From Thermoproteota archaeon (GTDB lineage: Archaea; Thermoproteota; Nitrososphaeria; Nitrososphaerales; Nitrososphaeraceae): 25,708 bases of DNA. Each line of letters opens with the position of its first letter. The first letter of the stretch is position 1. Both the position numbers and the translations under genes were made by a program. The stretch lies in assembly GCA_046731995.1 (NCBI GenBank), contig JBKPMB010000294.1, positions 1 to 25,708 on the forward strand, read 5' to 3'. Of this stretch, positions 7,866-14,938 are shown piece after piece. The notes beneath the pieces were generated by a model. It ran no database searches. It was not told the DNA's origin and was given only the letters and a program-made list of their open reading frames with translations.

Positions 7866-8166
7866 GAAGCAATTGTGACACTATATCTTCTAATGTAACC
7901 TTCTTTGCGTAAGACATTATTGACTCTTGATTTATTCTAAATTTATCGATCATATATATTTACAGACGCATCTCTAAAGATCACAGTTTCTCAGTTTTGA
8001 GGAAGTTATACATTTGTTTTTAACCAATACAACAGAGATCATATGTACAAACATATCCATGATGACCAGGCTGAATTGGTATTAGTCGGGATTATAACAG
8101 ATAACAGAACAACTTGATCATAAGTATTAGTAGTTCTAGATATTAACTTAGTTTAGTTAATGATTA

Positions 8167-9393
8167 ATGAACAACAGGAATGCTCATCTAGAATCCAACA
8201 AAGTTCTCAAGTATAATGTAGAATGGTTGTTTCATTCCGGTATTAGAATAAGGAATGGTCCTAAAAAAGGAGCAATGTACGGTTGGAAAAATCTGAATCC
8301 GCCCTCATATCCATTCATATATAACGAGATAACAGGTTATGCGATTACTTCTTTCTTGTATATATACTCCGAACTAGGAGAGCCCGAAGCCCTTGAGGCT
8401 GCCAAAGATTCTGCATATTGGATAGTAAAAAATATTCGTAGCTCATCATCATCCTCATCATCATACCTTCTACCTGCAGGAAGTATCGAAACTCATAGCT
8501 TTAATCAAAAAGGCGATTTATCAAATCAAATTTACGCATTTGATAATGGCATGATCATAATAGGGTTGGTAAATCTATACAAGGTTATCAATGATACAAT
8601 TCTTTTGAAATATGCAGAGAACATGGCAAAATCATTAATTGAAAAATTTTTTGATGGATCAAAGTTGATTGCCGTCTTAGACAGGTTGTACAGACCAATA
8701 ACTAATAACACCAATCTTAATGATAGTAGTAGTGGTAGAGGTAGAAATGATATTAAATGGTCAACCGTCTCCGGTGCATATCATTGTAAACTATCATTAG
8801 CTTTATTGGATCTGTCGCTGCTAACAAAAAATGACATGTACTCTAAAGTATCTAATTCGCTATGCGAATTTGCACAAAAATTACAGAAAGCTGATGGCCG
8901 ATTTGCAACTAACACTAACTTAGAGACTATGACATACCTACATCCTCATCTGTATGCCTGCGAGGGACTCATTTACGCTGGAGTAAGGCAGCATAATGAC
9001 GCTTATTTTGCAGCAGGCCTTAAAGGCATCAGATGGGCGGCAAAACAAGTTAATTCATTGACTGGAGGGTTGCCAAGGATGATAGGTGGAGAATTTATAG
9101 AACAGTCGGATTGCATGGCTCAACTGCTCCGCCTGTTAATTCTATGTTATTTTCGAATAGAAGAGTCGATAGAAGAGCCATCACACAACCTAAGAGATGT
9201 TATTGAAAAACTACATTTCAGACTTTTAGATTTCTACATATCAGAAGGAAAAGACAGAGGAGCGATAAAATACCATCTTTCTTTAGATACTGCTTGCAGC
9301 TGGTGTACTATGTTTACTATGCAGGCATTACTGCTTTGGAAGAAAAGAAAGAAATTCCAAAACGTACAGAAATGGATAGATTACTTTATCTAA
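8167..9393 (+). CDS. Cytoplasmic protein, probably alpha/alpha-toroid fold (terpenoid-cyclase / prenyltransferase / C5-epimerase-like superfamily); exact function unknown
   Basis: 408-aa ORF with no signal peptide. It has recurring helical-hairpin signatures: EITGYAITSFLYIYSELGEPEALEAAKDSAYWI, YAFDNGMIIIGLVNLYKV, YHCKLSLALLDLS, HPHLYACEGLIYAG. A poly-Ser insert (SSSSSSSS) lies at about 8440-8466. The fold call is pattern recognition only. Confidence 0.6.
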   Translation: MNNRNAHLESNKVLKYNVEWLFHSGIRIRNGPKKGAMYGWKNLNPPSYPFIYNEITGYAITSFLYIYSELGEPEALEAAKDSAYWIVKNIRSSSSSSSSYLLPAGSIETHSFNQKGDLSNQIYAFDNGMIIIGLVNLYKVINDTILLKYAENMAKSLIEKFFDGSKLIAVLDRLYRPITNNTNLNDSSSGRGRNDIKWSTVSGAYHCKLSLALLDLSLLTKNDMYSKVSNSLCEFAQKLQKADGRFATNTNLETMTYLHPHLYACEGLIYAGVRQHNDAYFAAGLKGIRWAAKQVNSLTGGLPRMIGGEFIEQSDCMAQLLRLLILCYFRIEESIEEPSHNLRDVIEKLHFRLLDFYISEGKDRGAIKYHLSLDTACSWCTMFTMQALLLWKKRKKFQNVQKWIDYFI

Positions 9394-9614
9394 CTCTTCT
9401 AAAAGGTTCAGTTTTTAGACCTTCAAACGTGGATGTTATGCTATAGGTTGTGTGCATACCCGCCATGATAGAAAAGCAACAAAATGTATTGAATTTAGTT
9501 ATGTTTATCATTCTTACTTGATCAAGACCTGATAAACACAAATAAAAAGGCAATATTCTTAGTTTCGCCTATCACATAATGCTTTTTGTTGGTCATATAT
9601 CTATAGCATTTCTT

Positions 9615-9656
9615 CTGAGATGTTATATCTAAAAACTGAATGTTATATCTAAAAAA
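9615..9656 (+). repeat. 21-bp tandem duplication inside the 5' end of the DUF457 gene; unit 1 carries a 1-nt indel that creates an in-frame TAA
   Basis: Unit 1 is 9615-9635 ctgagatgttatatctaaaaa and unit 2 is 9636-9656 ctgaatgttatatctaaaaaa. They are the same 20-nt core with an extra g in unit 1 and an extra a in unit 2. Confidence 0.85.
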
Positions 9657-9659
9657 TTC

Positions 9660-10301
9660 GTGTTGAAAGATGTCTCCATTTCGTTTGCAATGTTTTTGTC
9701 CACGCTCCCTGATATTGATCTGGTATTTAGATTATTTGGAGTTGAGATTGGTCATAGAAGTATAACACATAGTGCCATAATATGGACTATTGTAGGACTT
9801 GCATTCTTGGTAAAGTACAGGAAAATATCAGTTGTAGTTTATTTTTTGGCATACTTATCTCATATTATAATAGGAGATCTTGTAGTCGGTCCAATAAACC
9901 TGCTCTATCCAGTAGGCGATTTTATAGTTAGCGGTGGAATCATGTTCAATACTATCTCTGAAACAATAACAGAAGGAATTTTATTTGCTTTGATGACCAT
10001 AATCATTCTAAAGCAAAGTTTACATCAGGATGATACTAATAGTAGTAGTAGTAGCAAACAAAGGTCTCCTTTAGTTCACTATTCCACATTGGATCGCTTC
10101 TTTTATCCTATATTAATAGCAGAGGTTGCTATCTCGCCAATTTTTGTATTATCTAATAGATTTCAAGACTTTTCGAATTTGCTATCATTGTCACATATAG
10201 ACACAAATGTCATAGCTATTGTGTTACTTCATTTTATGATGACAATAGTAATTGCTTTCCTATGGATAAAATCGAAAAGAAGCATTCAAATTATAATATA
10301 A
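9660..10301 (+). CDS. Membrane-bound metal-dependent hydrolase, YdjM/DUF457 family (N-terminus disrupted; possibly a pseudogene)
   Basis: LPDIDLVFRLFGVEIGHRSITHS matches the PDxD...HRxxTHS signature, and the protein has 5-6 hydrophobic helices. The family-typical N-terminus MLFVGHISIAFLL is encoded upstream (ATG 9579) in the same frame, but it is cut off by TAA at 9630-9632. Confidence 0.6.
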   Translation: MLKDVSISFAMFLSTLPDIDLVFRLFGVEIGHRSITHSAIIWTIVGLAFLVKYRKISVVVYFLAYLSHIIIGDLVVGPINLLYPVGDFIVSGGIMFNTISETITEGILFALMTIIILKQSLHQDDTNSSSSSKQRSPLVHYSTLDRFFYPILIAEVAISPIFVLSNRFQDFSNLLSLSHIDTNVIAIVLLHFMMTIVIAFLWIKSKRSIQIII

Positions 10302-10347
10302 TATAATGCTCATTGCTCTTAATTACACGCTCAAATATGAGACGGCC

Positions 10348-10484
10348 ATGAAGAACCAAAGCACAATTTTAAAATCATTGCCATTGTTGCAGCAGTAGCA
10401 TTAGCAGCAGCAACAACAATCGCAAGGAATTCATCATCCTGTCATACACAAATGAAAACTGAAAAAATTGAGTCTGAGAGATGA
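10348..10484 (+). pseudogene. Remnant of a signal-peptide-encoding 5' gene end (frameshifted, then terminates early)
   Basis: ATG 10348 gives MKNQSTIL... in one frame. The neighbouring frame reads KIIAIVAAVALAAATTIARNSSSCHTQMKTEKIESER and a stop (tga 10482-10484). The shift would lie in the ttttaaaa run. Confidence 0.25.
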
Positions 10485-10712
10485 TAATAATAGAAACTTA
10501 CGGCATGACAAACCTGAAAATGGGTTTGTCAAACCGGTAAAATTAAAATAAAAAAATTCAAATGTGTACATTTATCTGTTCACACAGTCATGTGCGGATA
10601 GAACGCAACTAGCAATCAATTCTCACCAAAAACACAATGAGCGAGTTTAAAGCGATTACACGCTGTAGTTGGAACAGCTTGAATACTTTGCCTTATTATA
10701 GTAAGTTTCAGC

Positions 10713-11183
10713 CTAATAGTTTGCTTTTACTTCGATGCCCCCTCCAGCTATTCGGTTCTCGCTCATATTGGCATAAGGATAGTTGTTATATTGGTCATGT
10801 ACGTAACGAGTAGTATCGTCATCGTGTGTTGTTATAGTATCTGTACTATTATAGAGCTTTTCTAGACGTGTAACTTGTTTTTCGTCTTCTCCTTCAACTT
10901 TTGATAACACCCGTTTGTATGTTCCGTCAACTATCAATAGTATTTTTTTAGTTTCAATTGGTTGCGTATATCTGTCATGTGAAAAAACATGAGATTTAGG
11001 AAATATATATTCAAATATCCATAAATAACCTGGGCTTGAAATTATCGTTATATCGTCACCGTTAGCACATTTGTTATTACTGTTACTGTTGTTGCTGCTA
11101 GCATAGCTATTGTATTGTATATCATATCCAACGAATGCTGCAGCCTCAAATTGAGGAAGCATGATATTTGTTGATATCAACAT
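10713..11183 (-). CDS. Hypothetical membrane-anchored/secreted protein (N-terminus probably frameshifted)
   Basis: 156-aa ORF. In-frame codons upstream of the ATG (up to 11228) encode SVIAICVIFGLVATT, which completes a TM helix with MLISTNIML. An ATG at minus 11260 (MTTTTIVCNNNQS...) is in another frame. A poly-N/S insert (SSNNSNSNNK) is present. Confidence 0.5.
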   Translation of the reverse strand: MLISTNIMLPQFEAAAFVGYDIQYNSYASSNNSNSNNKCANGDDITIISSPGYLWIFEYIFPKSHVFSHDRYTQPIETKKILLIVDGTYKRVLSKVEGEDEKQVTRLEKLYNSTDTITTHDDDTTRYVHDQYNNYPYANMSENRIAGGGIEVKANY

Positions 11184-11447
11184 GGTTGTAGCTACTAAAC
11201 CGAAAATTACACAAATTGCAATGACTGATTATTATTGCAAACGATGGTGGTGGTAGTCATTTTTGAAGTTATTATATCTTTTGCAACGATGCTAGTTACC
11301 TATCTTTTATTTACCATTCTATAAGAAACTAGTCTATCTAATTAAATATAACTCCATGAAGAAACTGTTCACATAAATTCGGTTTTATTAATCTGAAATG
11401 AAAAATATACTTTCCATACTGCTTATATATTATGTCTATACTTTAAT

Positions 11448-12305
11448 ATGAAAGTGACATCAGTAGCTGAAACTAGCCTTGACACTAAATCCATAATGCA
11501 AATTTCAGCAATAATTCCGGTTTATAATCAAGAAGCAGAGGTCCCTTTTTTATTAAAAAGGCTTAAAGAAGATCTCAATTCAACTTTACTAAATTATGAG
11601 ATTATCATTGTAAATGACGGCAGCCGCGACAACACCTTGGAAATTCTCAAAAAAGAAGAAGAATTAGATGAGCATATACGAGTTATTTCTTATCCTCAAA
11701 ATAAAGGCAAAGGATATGCTGTTAAAAAAGGAATTATGTATACACATGGTGATATAGTCCTATTTGTGGACGGAGATCTTGAGATCTCCCCTGATGCGAT
11801 AAAAGATTATGTAAAAGAACTTCGGAGTTGCGATCTCGTAATTGCCTCCAAAAGTCATCCATTATCCAAGGTAAATGTCCCTGCATCTAGGAAACTTCTA
11901 AGTAGAGCATTTAACTTTTATGTAAAAGTTGCTACGGGTATAAAATTAAAAGATACTCAAAGCGGTTTGAAAGCAGGGAACGGTAATGCCTTACGAAAGA
12001 TTTTCAATATTATTTGTATCGATCGTTACGCATTTGATGTTGAATTACTTGCTATTGCTACAGCTCTCAATATGAGGATAAAGGAACTGCCTATCGAAAT
12101 AACTCTTACTCATAGGTTCAAGATGAATGATATCGCAAGAATGTTTATAGATGTCATCGCAATTTCCCATAGGCTCAGAATCAAGCTGTGGTATCACAAG
12201 CAACTTAAACTATTGCTACAACATGGCATAGAAGAATCTGGTGGTAAAAAGTTAATTGTAAGTAAAAATGAACAAGTTGGCTACAAGAATAATGGTACCT
12301 ATTAA
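11448..12305 (+). CDS. Glycosyltransferase family 2, dolichyl/polyprenyl-phosphate hexose synthase-like (DPM1/AglD-like)
   Basis: The evidence is ISAIIPVYNQEAEVPFLLKRL, YEIIIVNDGSRDNT, FVDGDLE (DxD) and QSGLKAG. An alternative start is ATG 11496. Confidence 0.85.
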   Translation: MKVTSVAETSLDTKSIMQISAIIPVYNQEAEVPFLLKRLKEDLNSTLLNYEIIIVNDGSRDNTLEILKKEEELDEHIRVISYPQNKGKGYAVKKGIMYTHGDIVLFVDGDLEISPDAIKDYVKELRSCDLVIASKSHPLSKVNVPASRKLLSRAFNFYVKVATGIKLKDTQSGLKAGNGNALRKIFNIICIDRYAFDVELLAIATALNMRIKELPIEITLTHRFKMNDIARMFIDVIAISHRLRIKLWYHKQLKLLLQHGIEESGGKKLIVSKNEQVGYKNNGTY

Positions 12306-12356
12306 TTCAAATCTATATTGGCTGTAGTAAAGATCGAGGGTTCTCGGTTTCCTACT

Positions 12357-12460
12357 AAAACCAAACCTAATTGATGTTAGTTAGCTGATTGCCGTAACTT
12401 GCTTATGATTGATATACACTAGTAATACATCAGGGATTATCTTCACACAGTTTATATGTG
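12357..12460 (+). repeat. Repeat B2: second copy of the upstream/promoter cassette, with no gene attached
   Basis: aaaaccaaacctaattgatgttagttagctgattgccgtaacttgcttatgattgatatacactagtaatacatcagggattatcttcacacagtttatatgtg aligns with 3763-3885, at roughly 80 percent identity by eye. Confidence 0.65.
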
Positions 12461-12566
12461 ATTACTAATCTACTACGTAATTAAAACTTATCAATATCGA
12501 TGGATCTCAACATAAGCAAAGTCATTGTTGCTGTCTCTTCCTTTTCAATAGTCTTTATTGTTTTAT

Positions 12567-12764
12567 TTAATAATCATCTTTTTCTTTGAAATGATAAAAC
12601 TTCAAAGCTAGTCTAAAGGCATCAAATATATCGTTATAGGATGTTGATTCTTTGTCTAGTGCTCCATCATTGTCCACGGCAGTTCGCAATGCTGTTATTA
12701 GCTTGTCAAATTTATCTGGATTGATTGCAATGCGACCACCATCGTTTTCCAATATTGAAAGCAA
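12567..12764 (-). pseudogene. Repeat A2: stand-alone 65-codon fragment resembling the C-terminus of a phage/virus terminase large subunit (RNase-H-fold nuclease tail); tentative
   Basis: The sequence is ILENDGGRIAINPDKFDKLITALRTAVDNDGALDKESTSYNDIFDAFRLALKFY. The ...(D/N)D..DA.R.AL ending is reminiscent of terminase large-subunit C-termini. The ORF opens only 4 codons after an upstream stop and uses TTG, so it looks like the 3' stub of a larger gene. Confidence 0.35.
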
Positions 12765-12816
12765 TACAATGATGCCTTAATTGTCATATGGATCAGAAAC
12801 TATATTAGATTATTAT

Positions 12817-14748
12817 CTATCGCTGACTGGTAGGAATTATCCTATATATCGCTTCCTTCGCTGGACTCTTGTATGGATAACCATGATCCATTTGTATAGA
12901 AAGAACATATAGATATCCATCAGGTCCAACTTGTATATCCGTAATTGGACCGAATCCATAACCAAATAGCATGTTTCCATAACGAAATGTTATATTATGC
13001 ATAAAATCAGGGTTTGATACTAGGTTGTTGTTATTATTATTTGTCCTTGCCGTAATTTGGCTTATACGTATTACATCAAACAAAGTAACGGCTTCCTTAC
13101 CTGGTTGGGAAGACCATCCAGCGTTTAATATTGGACGTATTTTTGCTATGTTTGCAGGTATTATCATTTCACATCTATACTCATGCCATTCCAATGGTCC
13201 ATCGGTACCTGCAGGACATTGTGTCTTAAGCGGGTTCCACGTCTTTGAAGTTTCATCATATCCTTCTATAGCTATATGGGATGCTCTAGCAAACTCATTT
13301 AGTTTCATATGAGTTATTATTTGATATTTTTCATCTGGAATAACATCTATTTCTTTACCAATAATATATGACCATGTATCATTATTAGTCAAGCTTGTAA
13401 GGACCTGAAAACTGGTTTTGATATTTTGCCATCCATTAGTGGAGTTGACTATACATTCAAAATTATATACACAACGCCTAAGGGGATCAGTCCAATTTGC
13501 AGGTAGCTGTGCTTGACCATTATATACTGTCTTGTTTGAGATCGATGAGTCATTTAGGACTAATCCATTTCTTTGATTATTTAGTTTGAAATGGTAGAGA
13601 TTACCATTATTAAAATCTCCTATAAACATATCATTTTCATATTGTTTTCCAAATTTACTGGAGTTCAAGAATTTCAATGCAGTTGGACCGATGGTCTGAT
13701 TCCATATAAGCTCCGGTGCTCGGTATTTTCCTTTTCCTCCAAAGTCTACCAACCCTCTTTCTGGATTTATTGCTACTGGCCCCTCCTGACGAGGAGGAAA
13801 GACACCATTTGGTTTCCACATGCCTTGTACTTGCATCCATCCACTGTTAAACCCGGGTTCAACAAGGTTAATCTCATCTCCAAAATACGGCCCATTTTCT
13901 GTATCCCACAATTTTTTAGTTATAGGGTCAAAGTCAAATCCAAAACTATTGCGTATACCGTATGCATAGTATAGGTTTAGAGGATAATTGTCACCAATAA
14001 TGCCTTTTCCAACTGGTTGACCGTTTTGAGTAATTCTAAGTATTCCGCTTGTTCCATCAGGATCTGTTCCGTTTTGAAAGTTCTGAGCTTTAGTTCTATG
14101 GCGACGCAGATCACCGATCACAAGATAGAGATCATTGTCTGGACCAACCAGCATTCTACCACCATTATGCTGGGGTCCTGGAGTCGCTGGAAGGCTTAGA
14201 AGCGGTTTGGGATTAACTAATTGATTATTTAGTAATTCATATCTATAAAGGCAATTGCATTTTGGTTTTATACCTGCAGCATCATCACCAGTTTTTCCTA
14301 CACCAGATTCTGTAAGGTACAAGAAAACAAATGTAGTTGCAGGTTGAGTGTCATTGGTCTTGCTTTTTATGCTACCGACAGGAACTCCTAGCATACCCCT
14401 TTCTTGTTCTGTTGCTACATTAACATGGAGCAATGGTTTAGAATGTAATGTACCGTTCACAATTCTCTCCACTGTTCCATTATTTTTTTGTAACAGCAAG
14501 ATATCATTTGGACCCAAAAATGCCATAGATGAAGGGAATTTGTCTCCCTTGAATACCGTCTCTACTTTTAAGTTGGGATCAGCGATAACAGGCGGATGAT
14601 CAGTTATCGTTTTACCAGTTACTGGGGATCCCGAAGATGAAGAGGAAGGGGTTTCTTGGGCAAATGTCAAATGAGAAATTTGGACCAACGTAGCAATAAT
14701 AATGCTGACTCCAATCGTTGTCACTATGACCAGATTTCTCTGCAGCAT
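12817..14748 (-). CDS. Secreted glucose/sorbosone-dehydrogenase-like (GSDH, PQQ-type) beta-propeller with a jelly-roll (CBM4_9-like) module inserted before the last blade
   Basis: GSDH signatures are LKVETVFKGDKFPSSMAFLGPNDILLLQKNNGTVERI, HNGGRMLVGPDNDLYLVIGD, SGILRITQNG, YAYGIRNSFGFDFDPITKKLWDTENGPYFGDEINLVEPGFNSGW, and the terminal blade ITDIQVGPDGYLYVLS...AIYRIIP. The signal peptide is MLQRNLVIVTTIGVSIIIATLVQISHLTFAQE, from ATG 14748. The track ORF starts at TTG 14814. Confidence 0.85.
   Translation of the reverse strand: MLQRNLVIVTTIGVSIIIATLVQISHLTFAQETPSSSSSGSPVTGKTITDHPPVIADPNLKVETVFKGDKFPSSMAFLGPNDILLLQKNNGTVERIVNGTLHSKPLLHVNVATEQERGMLGVPVGSIKSKTNDTQPATTFVFLYLTESGVGKTGDDAAGIKPKCNCLYRYELLNNQLVNPKPLLSLPATPGPQHNGGRMLVGPDNDLYLVIGDLRRHRTKAQNFQNGTDPDGTSGILRITQNGQPVGKGIIGDNYPLNLYYAYGIRNSFGFDFDPITKKLWDTENGPYFGDEINLVEPGFNSGWMQVQGMWKPNGVFPPRQEGPVAINPERGLVDFGGKGKYRAPELIWNQTIGPTALKFLNSSKFGKQYENDMFIGDFNNGNLYHFKLNNQRNGLVLNDSSISNKTVYNGQAQLPANWTDPLRRCVYNFECIVNSTNGWQNIKTSFQVLTSLTNNDTWSYIIGKEIDVIPDEKYQIITHMKLNEFARASHIAIEGYDETSKTWNPLKTQCPAGTDGPLEWHEYRCEMIIPANIAKIRPILNAGWSSQPGKEAVTLFDVIRISQITARTNNNNNNLVSNPDFMHNITFRYGNMLFGYGFGPITDIQVGPDGYLYVLSIQMDHGYPYKSPAKEAIYRIIPTSQR
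13055..13510 (-). other. Inserted jelly-roll / carbohydrate-binding-like module (copy in the beta-propeller protein)
   Basis: LPANWTDP...TWSYIIGKEIDVIPDEKYQIITHMKLNEFARASHIAIEGYDETSKTW...LEWHEYRCEMIIPANIAKIRPILNAGWSSQPGKEAVTLFDVIRISQI aligns along its whole length with 23511-23975 on the plus strand. Confidence 0.8.
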
Positions 14749-14938
14749 AATAATATTGGAAACATTAGAGAATCTAAGAGATATATACATGTGTACTTTC
14801 GATACATCTACCAATGGTAGATATCAAAGAAGGACTTGTTTAGTAATTTCAATTAAATTAGAGCGTGTCTCTCCCGCTTTAGTGATTTTATGAAGGAAGG
14901 ATTAGCACCCTCAATGTCATATTTGCTTCTTCTTGTTA

